From positions 17,623 to 81,622 of the forward strand of contig JBDRGF010000159.1 in NCBI GenBank assembly GCA_043818055.1: a DNA stretch of 64,000 nt, written 5' to 3'. Positions 41,939 to 50,704 of the stretch are shown piece by piece (the stretch's first letter is position 1; each line of letters opens with the position of its first letter). Below the pieces are notes generated by a model, which worked only from the letters and a program-made list of their open reading frames with translations, did not search any database and had not been told where the DNA came from. A program made the position numbers and the translations under genes. This DNA comes from Pseudomonadota bacterium. GTDB taxonomy: Bacteria > UBA10199 > 2-02-FULL-44-16 > JBDRGF01.

Positions 41939-42755
41939 TTACTTGACATAATATCCACCGGTTTTTTTGCTGCCACGGTATTCGATTTTACCTTGCTTTT
42001 TTAATTTTGCCGCCCATCTTTCGACTGTCTTTGGCGACATGCTTATTTTTTCAGCAATTTCTGAAATTCTTTTACCTGGATTGACTCTAATAAATTCCAG
42101 AAAAACATTTATTCCCTCATTTATTCCCTCATTTATTCCCTCATTTATTCCCTCACTTATTCCCTCACTTATTCCCTCATTTATTCCCTCATTTATTCCC
42201 TCACCTCTTTTTCGTAAGTGAAAAACAATGACAAATGCCCCTGCTGTCTCACTAAACTCTGGTGCAGGGTTACCATTTTCAAGAGAATAGTTATAAATCT
42301 TTTGAAAGCCTCCTCCCCAGCCTTCAATCAAACCTATCTTATGAAAAACATCTACTATCGCCTTGTTCCGGGGTATGGAACGACCTTCAGTCAGTAAATT
42401 TTCTATGTTGATTTCCTTAGGTAACAATCCGGGGCTCCATATTTCCAGCCTGTCATCAAAAATTCTGATCTGTATATTACCTGCGTCTGCATAATCACGG
42501 TGTGCAACTGCATTAATAATAGCCTCTCTTATGGCCGGTAAAGAATAGTCCCGGATCTGTATGCAGCTTTACCTTGTTGATCAAATCCTCAATCGCTCCT
42601 TTTCCAACAACCATGTTTAAAGGTCCACCGCTATCATCCAAACCTACGATCACTTTTCCACCACTCTTGTTTGCAAAGGCACCAAGGGTGACTATTACAT
42701 CTCTCCACTCCGCAAGAGAGGATTTGAGTTCCAATGTTTCGGATTCTTTATACAT
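41939..42755 (-). pseudogene. AlbA_2 (Schlafen-like DNA-binding) + wHTH regulator, disrupted; contains (NEGI)n coding repeat
   Basis: Two adjacent ORFs, 42513..42755 (AlbA_2 N-domain, ETLELKSSLAEW...FANKSGGKVIVG) and 41939..42427 (wHTH C-terminus), are separated by a frame break. 12-nt tandem repeat at about 42100-42215. Confidence 0.5.
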
Positions 42756-43479
42756 GGCTATACACCCTCATGATCTCTTGTGCATACTCAACTGCCTGTT
42801 CAGCTTCTTTTCTGGTGATTTCATGTTCGTCATCCATCCAATTTTCAGACTTCTGAAATAACTTATAAAGATATTTAAATTTTGAGGCTATATCTTTACC
42901 ATAATATTTCTCGGTCAGCGGGAGAAGCACATCTATCTTGCTTGAATATCCCTCGTTCTTCATGGCAAGTGAAGCTTGTAAGGCATGTTTTGATGCAACA
43001 AAGCAATAATCGATCACACCATTTGTAAAGCCATCCTTCAGCAATTCCTGAGCCAACTTAACTTTCCGGGATTCAAAATCTCTAGAGTCTTTAAAAAAGC
43101 CTGCATATTTAGATGAAGGAGACTCAAAACTTAACGACATATCAATATCTCCAAAGATAAGCTTTCCTTCACGCTTAGCAGCTGTATAAACAGGCAACTT
43201 TTCCTTTACGAAATCCTTCTCGCTTGCAACTAAAACAGAAAAAGCCTCTTCCTTTACAAGTTCATCTCTGATGCGATTTGCCTTTTTATTCACATTATCA
43301 ACAACCATAAGCAGATCGACATCCGAATCTTCCCTGGCACATAATTTTGCCCATGACCCATAGAGAATGGCCGCTTTAATACTTTTACTTTCAGTTAGCT
43401 TTTGCCTGATTGTTTCAATATGCGTGTCTATTGGCTGAATCATATTAATTAATGGGTTGGGGTATTTTTCTATGAGCAT
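42748..43479 (-). CDS. Fused minimal nucleotidyltransferase (MNT) - HEPN domain protein
   Basis: N-terminal ILYGSWAKLCAREDSDVDLLMVV NTase motif and a C-terminal HEPN-like helical domain. Confidence 0.65.
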   Translation of the reverse strand: MLIEKYPNPLINMIQPIDTHIETIRQKLTESKSIKAAILYGSWAKLCAREDSDVDLLMVVDNVNKKANRIRDELVKEEAFSVLVASEKDFVKEKLPVYTAAKREGKLIFGDIDMSLSFESPSSKYAGFFKDSRDFESRKVKLAQELLKDGFTNGVIDYCFVASKHALQASLAMKNEGYSSKIDVLLPLTEKYYGKDIASKFKYLYKLFQKSENWMDDEHEITRKEAEQAVEYAQEIMRVYSHV

Positions 43480-43503
43480 TTTTTAATAGATAGTGGTCAG
43501 TCT

Positions 43504-43572
43504 GAAACTAGAAGCCAGAAGCAAGAAGCTAGAAATCAGAGGCCAGAAAATAGAAGTTAGAAACTAGAGGTC
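43504..43572. repeat. Heptanucleotide tandem array block A, about 9 units (AAGYYAG/AGAAGYY)
   Basis: gaaactag aagccag aagcaag aagctag aaatcag aggccag aaaatag aagttag aaactag, period 7. Confidence 0.8.
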
Positions 43573-43771
43573 ATAAATCCTTGATTCCTGCAATTTTTAG
43601 CAGGGCTTTTTGCAAACCGACTTTCAAAGGCCTATTGCCATGTATCGGCAAACTTATTCGTTCTCTCTATCCATCCTTCATAAATATATGATGGCTGCCG
43701 TGTATCCTCTTTAACATCCAGCCGTTATTTTCCAACAATTCTACCATTTCTTTACCTGATAGGGCTTTCAT
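43571..43771 (-). pseudogene. hicA: hicA toxin gene interrupted by an in-frame TAG
   Basis: MKALSGKEMVELLENNGWMLKRIHGSHHIFMKDG*RERISLPIHGNRPLKVGLQKALLKIAGIKDL. Amber codon at 43667..43669. ATGA overlap with the hicB stop. Confidence 0.6.
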
Positions 43772-43971
43772 ACAGCAATTTCCAGCACTTCTGCTTTATC
43801 ATGATTCTCTCCCTCATCAACATCGACAGACAAACAACCTTCCACTGCCTCGTATATATTACTTAGCAACTCTTCCCAAGTGTCGCCTTGCGTGATACAG
43901 CCCGGAACAGCCGGCACTTCCGCCCAATATCCACCCTCCTCCGCTTTGTGAACGACTACCTTTATCTTCAT
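43768..43971 (-). CDS. hicB: HicB-family antitoxin (UPF0150-like)
   Basis: MKIKVVVHKAEEGGYWAEVPAVPGCITQGDTWEELLSNIYEAVEGCL, the canonical HicB N-domain. Confidence 0.7.
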   Translation of the reverse strand: MKIKVVVHKAEEGGYWAEVPAVPGCITQGDTWEELLSNIYEAVEGCLSVDVDEGENHDKAEVLEIAV

Positions 43972-44009
43972 TATCTCACCCTCCCCCTGTTTATCATTTT
44001 TATTTTGTG

Positions 44010-44135
44010 GTTTTCATCAAAATTTTGAATACACCTTCATGATCTCTTGTGCATATTTGACCGATTGTTCAACTTCGTTTCTTTATATTTCATCTTCCGC
44101 ATCCAGCCAATTCTCAGACTTCTGATATAACTCAT
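44010..44135 (-). pseudogene. Degraded duplicate of the 3' end of the MNT-HEPN gene
   Basis: About 75% nucleotide identity to 42757..42870. Encodes ...YAQEIMKVYSKF* compared with ...YAQEIMRVYSHV*. Confidence 0.35.
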
Positions 44136-44142
44136 ATAGATT

Positions 44143-44205
44143 CAGAGGCTTGAAGTCAGAAGCTAGAAGTCAGAAGTCAGAAGCTAGAGGTCAGAGGGGG
44201 GAAGT
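44143..44205. repeat. Heptanucleotide tandem array block B (AGAAGYY)
   Basis: agaggct tgaagtc agaagct agaagtc agaagtc agaagct agaggtc agagggg. Confidence 0.8.
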
Positions 44206-44630
44206 TGCTATCGTTCCCTTTTTGTAATTGACTTTGACTTCAAATCGTCTGAAGAAGTCCAATCCTATCAGCACCTTTATTCCCCAAGATTGGTCGAAGT
44301 GCGAGACATAGAATTGCATCAAACTTATGCCATCTGCCATCCCTGGTTGTGACAAAAACCGGAAGAAATATGTAGCGCGCGCTCGTATCAAAAGTGGTGA
44401 TGTTCGGCATGAGCTCTCCATCCGCCGGGGAATTTGCTTTCGCCGGTGTACTTAAAAGTGCAATCCTTATCAGGTGCCGGAGGACTAAAAACATCCTGAT
44501 CGTTCTTTGAGTGTCGTTCAACAATACCGGAGATGAGCCGGCCGGATTCATCTTCATCACAATCAACAATCATAAGCCACTCATCCGGAAAGGCCTTCTT
44601 CATCTCTTCCCAACTCATTTTCTGTCCCAT
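44191..44630 (-). pseudogene. Frameshifted small gene; the C-terminal part resembles a retropepsin-like (clan AA) aspartic protease
   Basis: Three overlapping ORFs in three frames. One ends ...WGIKVLIGLDFFRRFEVKVNYKKGTI, which is like the C-terminal motif of bacterial retropepsin-like proteases. Confidence 0.3.
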
Positions 44631-44667
44631 GATTTTCTCCCAATGGAAATTTATATTGCGATATACA

Positions 44668-44782
44668 AAAGCAAGAAGTCAGAGGCAAGAAGTCAGAAGT
44701 TAGAAGTTAGAGGTCAGAAACAAGAAGTCAGAAGTCAGAAGTCAGAAGCAAGAAGCTAGGAGTCAGGGGCCGGAAGTCAACC
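44668..44782. repeat. Heptanucleotide tandem array block C, about 16 units (AGYYAGA)
   Basis: agcaaga agtcaga ggcaaga agtcaga agttaga agttaga ggtcaga aacaaga agtcaga agtcaga agtcaga agcaaga agctagg agtcagg. Confidence 0.8.
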
Positions 44783-44833
44783 GTAGGTTTGCCAGTTGTT
44801 TAAGAGTCCCCATAACATTTTGCCGATTTCATC

Positions 44834-45151
44834 TTAGTTTTCATAACATCCTTGGTAAGTTGCCTCATCGATATATTTGCACTTGCTTGCGAAATCAAGC
44901 CATACCTTAACGTCTTCGCATGAACCGATAGAATCCAACAGATGCCTTTTAAATACATTTTCAAATCGCCTTTTGGCCCAACATTCTGCAATATTGGCTG
45001 GAATTGATCTCGACGATCTTCTCATTTGATCTATCAAACTATAGCGTTCTTCCTTTGGAAATTTACCGGTCAATCTGAATATACCCATCGCAGATTCGAA
45101 AGATTTCGTAAAAACGACCAAATCTTTACATGTTTTTATCTTCTCTTGCAT
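44834..45151 (-). CDS. Four-helix-bundle protein (23S rRNA intervening-sequence protein family)
   Basis: MQEKIKTCKDLVVFTKSFESAMGIFRLTGKFPKEERYSLIDQMRRSSRSIPANIAEC, the typical family signature. Confidence 0.8.
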   Translation of the reverse strand: MQEKIKTCKDLVVFTKSFESAMGIFRLTGKFPKEERYSLIDQMRRSSRSIPANIAECWAKRRFENVFKRHLLDSIGSCEDVKVWLDFASKCKYIDEATYQGCYEN

Positions 45152-45200
45152 CTGGCTTCTTGCTTCTGACTTCTTGCTTCTTGCCTCTGGCTTCTGCGAC
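45152..45200. repeat. Heptanucleotide tandem array block D (inverted orientation) plus adjacent duplicated 5'-end fragment of the MNT-HEPN gene (to about 45250)
   Basis: gcttcttgcttctgacttcttgcttcttgcctctggcttctg is the reverse complement of AGAAGYY units. 45195-45250 is about 85% identical to 43390-43450. Confidence 0.7.
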
Positions 45201-45284
45201 TTTCAGTTAGCTTTTATCTAATTGTTTCAATATGCGTATCTATTGGCTGTCAGTTGAAAAAAATAAATTACAGATGTTGGTTTA

Positions 45285-46626
45285 TCAGTCCTTTTTTATC
45301 ACTTTCCAGTGACCACCCTTATCGGGGCCAACACGTTCTATAAATCCTTTTAATTTTAACTTCTTCAGGTTTTCCTCAATTTTCCTCTGTGAAATTCCAA
45401 CAAACGTTGCCAGTTCATTTGCAGAAACATGAGGTTTTTCCCTAATTGTTTTGAGAATTTTAGCCTGGTTTCCCGTTACCTTTTCTCCGACCTTTTCTCC
45501 GACCTTTTCTCCGACCTTTTTAGACCTATTATAAACAGTGACCAAAAACCCCCCACCCTGTACATCAAACTTTGGAGAAGGAAGTTTTCTATCGGCAAAT
45601 GAATCAAATACGCGTTTTATTCCGGAACCATATTTTTCCATTATCTTCAGCTCTTTAAACATTGTTGCAATCTGCTTGTTTCTTATCTCCGATTTATAAT
45701 TCCCTTTCACCAGCTGTTCAACAGTAAGCGGTCCCATCAATTTTCCTGGATTGTAAAATTCCATTCGATCACTAAGACGAACTTGAGTAGTCGCGATGAA
45801 CGACCATGTTTATTACCAGCTCTCTAAGTGCATCCAAAGGATAATCCCAAACCTCATCTCTTTGTGGCTTTCCAGTTATAACATATGCCTTATTGATGTG
45901 CTTGGTTATAAAATGCATCACTTCATCAACTTCTGAAAGCACATCCGTTCTAACCGTTGTACCATCTTTGATAAGTGTCTCCGTCTGAAATCTGCCCAGT
46001 TCAATCGTGCTTAATATCGACCACTCTTTCATAAAAAGTAGAAAACACGCCTTCGATATTTTTTTATCACGCAACAACTCATACTTTTTTAGAAACGTAA
46101 TAGGGTCATCCGTAATTGGATATTCTCTGTTTCTATTTGCTCTTTCAATGAACAGCACAACCTTATCCAGAGAAATATCATTTATTGTATGATTGCTGTC
46201 CTCATAATAATCCCAGCTAGAATTAAATGTTTTGAGATGCATATTGACGACTTCATTTATATTCAGAAGATGATTAGAATTTTTGACCCGTTTGTAATAT
46301 CTGCCTCTGAACGCCACCGGTTTTATCGGATATTCAATCGTATTTATAACAGCTATCAATTTTCCACCGCGTTTTTTAACATCGACGTCAGGAATGATTG
46401 ATGGGTTGGTTTTGTTCTTGATTTCATTTATCCAATTCTGAACAGTTTCTTTGCCTATTTTAACACCTTCCACTTTGCCTTTATCATTCACGCCGATAAC
46501 AACACTCCCGCCTTTCGCATTAGCAAAAGCCACAAGCGTCTCTATTACCTCATTTCCAAAATTGAGTTTAAATTCCTGTTTGTCTGATTCTTTGTATTTC
46601 ATTCTACACTGTCCACGGTAGCCCAA
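45285..46626 (-). pseudogene. AlbA_2 + HATPase_c_4-like + wHTH 'divergent AAA / Schlafen-like' regulator, split by a frameshift; contains (KVGE)n 12-nt coding repeat
   Basis: ORFs 45772..46626 (AlbA_2, FANAKGGSVVIGV) and 45285..45764 (wHTH C-terminus) lie in different frames. ccgaccttttct x3-4 at about 45480-45530. Confidence 0.55.
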
Positions 46627-46733
46627 CCCCCAGCAAGACTTATTTGTAAACCCACCGCTGATTTCCTAACAATTTTCCTTCCAAATCACATGGCATTAAA
46701 AGTGCCCACAAAAACACCAACTTTTAGGATTCG

Positions 46734-47678
46734 TTATACATGGTTCAAGAAAGTTGCGACATCTGGGGAAATCGTTACTCCATTATCCTGAAGCAGTTTG
46801 ACGCTACCCCAACCTCCTACGTCGCTCCAGTCGAATGCGGCTTTTACGACGGCTACTTGCTGGGATTTTTCTAGCAGGGCGTAATCGACTGATATCGATG
46901 GTGACTGTTCAAAGCATCTTTTGAGAAAATCTCCGCTATCCGCATCTATGTTGATAGATTCATAAACTTCTGTGGCATGAGTTTTGAGTTCACTTAAAAA
47001 TTTACTCGCTCTCCAGACGAAAATGCCGGCGTTCCAGAGATATCCCTCATCTATATATGTCTTTGCCAATTCTTCGTTTGGTTTTTCTGTAAAATTTTTG
47101 ACTGGCGACCAGTCTCCTTCATGCGCTGGAGAAATATAGCCATAGTCCACTGATGGCCAGGTTGGATTGATGCCTAATGTTACCAGATAATCTTTTTGTG
47201 CGATTTCTATCGCTTGTTTAATAACTTCATGAAAAAGATTCTCCTGCGGGATATAGTGATCGGACGGCACGCAACAGATGATCGATTCCCCGTCCTGCAT
47301 ATGAATAATTTTTGTAGCATAAGATAATGCGGGAGCAGTATTTTTTTTGCATGGTTCTGCTATGATATTTTTCTCAGGCAACTCGGGAATCTGTTCTTTC
47401 ACAAGATCGACATATTTTTCATTTGTGGAGATATAAATTTTCTCGCATGCAAACAATGGCAACATCCTATCAAACGTCTGACGAATGAAGGTTTTCTCAC
47501 CGATGAAGTTTAGAAATTGTTTTGGCTTTTCAGGCGTTGAAAGTGGATAAAACCTTGTCCCCTCGCCACCTGCCATGATAACTGCGTATAGATTTTTTGA
47601 GTGATTGTGATTCAAACGAATACTCCTGATTTCTCTACATTTTCCATATTGTGTACCAAAAATTTTTTGTTCTTTCAT
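46734..47678 (-). CDS. manC: Mannose-1-phosphate guanylyltransferase (no PMI domain)
   Basis: LYAVIMAGGEGTRFYPLSTPEKPKQFL motif. 314 aa. Confidence 0.75.
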   Translation of the reverse strand: MKEQKIFGTQYGKCREIRSIRLNHNHSKNLYAVIMAGGEGTRFYPLSTPEKPKQFLNFIGEKTFIRQTFDRMLPLFACEKIYISTNEKYVDLVKEQIPELPEKNIIAEPCKKNTAPALSYATKIIHMQDGESIICCVPSDHYIPQENLFHEVIKQAIEIAQKDYLVTLGINPTWPSVDYGYISPAHEGDWSPVKNFTEKPNEELAKTYIDEGYLWNAGIFVWRASKFLSELKTHATEVYESINIDADSGDFLKRCFEQSPSISVDYALLEKSQQVAVVKAAFDWSDVGGWGSVKLLQDNGVTISPDVATFLNHV

Positions 47679-47889
47679 CTATTTCCCGACTTCTTCTGAC
47701 AACTATTTTAATCGAACGAACACCTGTATTCTCTAATAGCCACCTCACAGCTTTTACATCTCCAAAATTCAGGATTCTCTCTATGATAAAAAACTTATAT
47801 TTTTCGAACTGCAAATCCTTAAACTCGCAGTCCCAGAAATATTTCGCAAACGATTTTGGGAGTTTTATATTTTTTTTCGATTTAGTCAT
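47635..47889 (-). CDS. Hypothetical small protein (84 aa)
   Basis: ORF only. Overlaps the manC start by 44 nt. No recognised domain. Confidence 0.3.
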   Translation of the reverse strand: MTKSKKNIKLPKSFAKYFWDCEFKDLQFEKYKFFIIERILNFGDVKAVRWLLENTGVRSIKIVVRRSREIDERTKNFWYTIWKM

Positions 47890-47984
47890 GTGATGACGCG
47901 TTTCTGATGTTATTAACGCTGAAGAGTGATTAAGAGTTTGATTAATTCAGTCCTTCGACCCCCTCCACCTCCCCCTTATAAGAG

Positions 47985-48062
47985 GCTGTTGCTAAAATGT
48001 AGGGGCACCCCCCCCGTGGTTGCCCTCTTATAAGGGCAGGCACGGGGGCCTGCCCCTACAAA
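47985..48062. repeat. Inverted pair of REP-like GC-rich hairpins (...GCCCCTACA family)
   Basis: tgtaggggcaccccccccgtggttgccc ... gggcaggcacgggggcctgcccctacaaaaac. Confidence 0.7.
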
Positions 48063-48095
48063 AACATCAAAAAACAGACTTCGGCAATTGGCTAT

Positions 48096-48518
48096 TCATT
48101 TTTTATTTACCAGGCTGTTTAAAAGACTCTTAATTTGGCTTATCTGTTTTTTATATACCATTATAGTCTGCCATTTGAGATCGAGATAGCGATGTACGAG
48201 CCTGTTTCGATGAAAGGCAAGTTGCCCAAGTGCCTGGGCTTGTTTTGCGCTCAATCCCGCATTTTTGGCCGCGAGAGATAAAGTTTGCGCATAGCTATCG
48301 GCGGAAATTCCTTTTTCAGCTAAAACAGTCCCGCAAATTTCTATCAGGGCGTTCAATATATTTTCCACTGTTCTGTCGATCAGCTTTTGTTTTTTTGTAT
48401 CAGTCCGATATTCTTCCCACGTAATCCTGGAGTATTCTGCATCAAACTCGCACATCTCCTGCGATATAAACTGAATCGATTCTGCTATTCTCCCCTTTGC
48501 ATAAGTATATTCAGGCAT
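48096..48518 (-). CDS. HepT-like HEPN toxin (DUF86)
   Basis: AFHRNRLVHRYLDL contains the Rx4-6H HEPN motif. 140 aa. Confidence 0.7.
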   Translation of the reverse strand: MPEYTYAKGRIAESIQFISQEMCEFDAEYSRITWEEYRTDTKKQKLIDRTVENILNALIEICGTVLAEKGISADSYAQTLSLAAKNAGLSAKQAQALGQLAFHRNRLVHRYLDLKWQTIMVYKKQISQIKSLLNSLVNKK

Positions 48519-48954
48519 TTTTGATTCTCCTTAAGTTTACCTTAGAAGCAAGAATCTGCCAGGCAGTCCCAAAAAGGCAAAAATCTTCCATCTGAGCTAT
48601 TGATTCAAACAAATAGCGATCACACAGATCCTTATTTTTAACATATACTGGGATTCCTTTTACAGAGGCATTGTAATAAACCATTGGATGATCAAATTCC
48701 TTTTTTAATCTTAGAATGTTCACTTCCAATCCAAGCAATTCACTTAAATCGACACTGATCTTTCCAATAACATCGAGCATTTTCTCCTCATCAGTATGTT
48801 CATCGGAAAACAGAACAGCTATATCGACATCGGATATCCTTCTCTGCTTCCCATGCGCCCAGGAACCATACAAAAAGACCAAATCTAATTTGAGTTTTTT
48901 TGAAACTCTTTTAAAATATTTTTCTAAGATTTTTTTTAACTTTGAGGAGTCCAT
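48511..48954 (-). CDS. MntA-like minimal nucleotidyltransferase antitoxin (start set at the internal Met; the track ORF extends to 49083)
   Basis: LVFLYGSWAHGKQRRISDVDIAVLF NTase GS...D.D motif. Start at 48954 overlaps the epimerase stop (TAATG). Confidence 0.65.
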   Translation of the reverse strand: MDSSKLKKILEKYFKRVSKKLKLDLVFLYGSWAHGKQRRISDVDIAVLFSDEHTDEEKMLDVIGKISVDLSELLGLEVNILRLKKEFDHPMVYYNASVKGIPVYVKNKDLCDRYLFESIAQMEDFCLFGTAWQILASKVNLRRIKNA

Positions 48955-49961
48955 TATATGTTCAACTCCTTCACAAACTCCCAATTCTCTCTGGTCCAAT
49001 CGACTGTTTTTTTGAGGCCATCTATAAAGGAAACTTTTGGTGACCAGTCGAGCATCTTTTTCGATTTTTCTATTGATGCCCATGTCGCTTTCATATCCTC
49101 TTTCGGGAATGGTAGACGATCAATTTTGAGTTTCGCGCCGGTCGCTCCCTCAATAAATGATATCATTTCAACTAGTTCATGAGGAGCATCGCCTCCCAGA
49201 TTGAATATCTCATAGCCAACATTTTTAAGCGCCTTTATCGTGCCATCGGCTATATCATCCACATATGTGAAATCACGCTTCTGAGTTCCATCCCCCATCA
49301 GCTGGATATGATTTCCTTCAAAAGCCCACTTTATAAAACGAAATATACTCATATCGGGTCGCCCAGCAGGTCCATAGACTGTGAAGTACCTTAAAATTGA
49401 GACATCGATATCGTAAAGATAATGATAGCTGTATGCAATTCCCTCCGCTCCACCTTTTGACGCTGCGTATGGTGATATCGGCGTTGTCGTTGGTATCGAT
49501 TCATCGAAGGGCATCTCTTTTCCGGCATAAAGGCTCGATGTTGAGGCCAGGACGAATTTTTTAACATCGTGTTTTTTACAGAGTCCCAACAAATTAGCGG
49601 TGCCAAGCATGTTTGTAGTGATATAAACTTGAGGATTATCGAGGCTTGCCCTTACACCCGCTCTGGCCGCAAGATTTATCACCGCGTCAAATTTATGCTC
49701 CGAGAAAATTCTTTCCAAGGCATCTTTGTCTTCGATATCGAGCTTTATAAATTTAAAATTGTTAAACTTTGACAGGAAATTTTCAAGTCGCCACTCTTTC
49801 AACCGGACATCGTAGTAGTCATTGAGATTATCGATACCCACGACCTCCACACCCAACTCACACAATCTCTTAGCCACATGAGAACCGATAAACCCAGCAA
49901 CCCCTGTGACAAGAATTTTCTTAGTATTTTGAGTCAATTTTTTAATATCGTTTACCATCAT
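48954..49961 (-). CDS. NAD-dependent epimerase, UDP-glucuronate 4-epimerase-like
   Basis: KILVTGVAGFIGSHVAKRL...YAASKGGAEG. Paired with ugd in the locus. Confidence 0.7.
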   Translation of the reverse strand: MMVNDIKKLTQNTKKILVTGVAGFIGSHVAKRLCELGVEVVGIDNLNDYYDVRLKEWRLENFLSKFNNFKFIKLDIEDKDALERIFSEHKFDAVINLAARAGVRASLDNPQVYITTNMLGTANLLGLCKKHDVKKFVLASTSSLYAGKEMPFDESIPTTTPISPYAASKGGAEGIAYSYHYLYDIDVSILRYFTVYGPAGRPDMSIFRFIKWAFEGNHIQLMGDGTQKRDFTYVDDIADGTIKALKNVGYEIFNLGGDAPHELVEMISFIEGATGAKLKIDRLPFPKEDMKATWASIEKSKKMLDWSPKVSFIDGLKKTVDWTRENWEFVKELNI

Positions 49962-50094
49962 CGATTTTTACCACATGCCACATGCTCAAGCCTACATACT
50001 GCTCTTGACAGGCTACCGCCGTCCCCGTTCAAAATTCGAACCGGCAAAAAGGAAAATAGATTGTTTATACTGCTCATCAATTTTTTTTTGGGAA

Positions 50095-50150
50095 GGTTTG
50101 AAACCTTCCCCTACATTCACGGGCGACCACGGGGGGATCGCCCCTACAAT
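50095..50150. repeat. Two tandem REP-like hairpins (...CCCCTACA family)
   Basis: ggaaggtttgaaaccttcccctacattc and gggcgaccacggggggatcgcccctacaataaa. Confidence 0.7.
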
Positions 50151-50191
50151 AAAACATTTCGCCGTACGCTATACGCCGTACACCGTACGTC

Positions 50192-50704
50192 CTATGCTAC
50201 TTTTTCAACACGCACGCAGGGCAATTCAAGCCGAACTTTCTTCCCTACAAGATTCAACAGCACTTTAACCCTTCCATCCGCAGAGATCGGTTTTTCCAGC
50301 ACTCCGACGAGATCCGTAAGCGGGCCATAGCAGATCCGCACGCTATCCCCGGCTTTAAAAAGCAGCTGCTGCTGTATAATTCCTTTTTCATCCACCCTGC
50401 CCTTTATTACATCTATCACAACATCATCAAGTGAGAGGGGAATGTCTCCGGCGCTTACAAATTTCCTGACTCCACGCGTATATTTTATCATCCTGAACAG
50501 ATTGATCTCGTTTGGTGATATGCGAACGAAGAGATATGAGGGAAAAAGGGGCTTTAGCCTCTGCAGTTGTCTCGTCACTCCCCTCACTGCAACGCGAATT
50601 TGCGGCAAAAAGGCCTCGACATTCGCCCGCCTCATATGTTCGAGGACGATATGCTCAATGCATGGCTTTGTCTGTAAAACGTACCATTTCATATCATGCA
50701 CCAC
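50192..50704 (-). CDS. NusG-like transcription antiterminator paralog (RfaH/UpxY/LoaP-type, NGN + KOW)
   Basis: WYVLQTKPCIEHIVLEHMRRANVEAFLPQIRV NGN domain and a C-terminal KOW-like AGDSVRICYGPLTDLVGVL. Confidence 0.7.
   Translation of the reverse strand: MVHDMKWYVLQTKPCIEHIVLEHMRRANVEAFLPQIRVAVRGVTRQLQRLKPLFPSYLFVRISPNEINLFRMIKYTRGVRKFVSAGDIPLSLDDVVIDVIKGRVDEKGIIQQQLLFKAGDSVRICYGPLTDLVGVLEKPISADGRVKVLLNLVGKKVRLELPCVRVEKVA

Noticed and set aside
42100-42215. Possible non-coding minisatellite or CRISPR-like repeat (ttccctcattta x8)
   Set aside because: It is in-frame within the C-terminal ORF of the AlbA_2/wHTH gene and encodes (NEGI)n. It is reported as a coding repeat in findings instead.
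44511-44759. Plus-strand 82-aa ORF (…KSEARSQKLEVRGQKQEVRSQK…)
   Set aside because: Translation of heptamer block C. It is low-complexity and antisense to neighbouring genes.
43504-45200. Possible CRISPR array (regularly spaced short repeats near defence-like genes)
   Set aside because: Units are 7 nt, degenerate and contiguous, with no unique spacers. No cas genes. This is a tandem heptamer microsatellite, not CRISPR.
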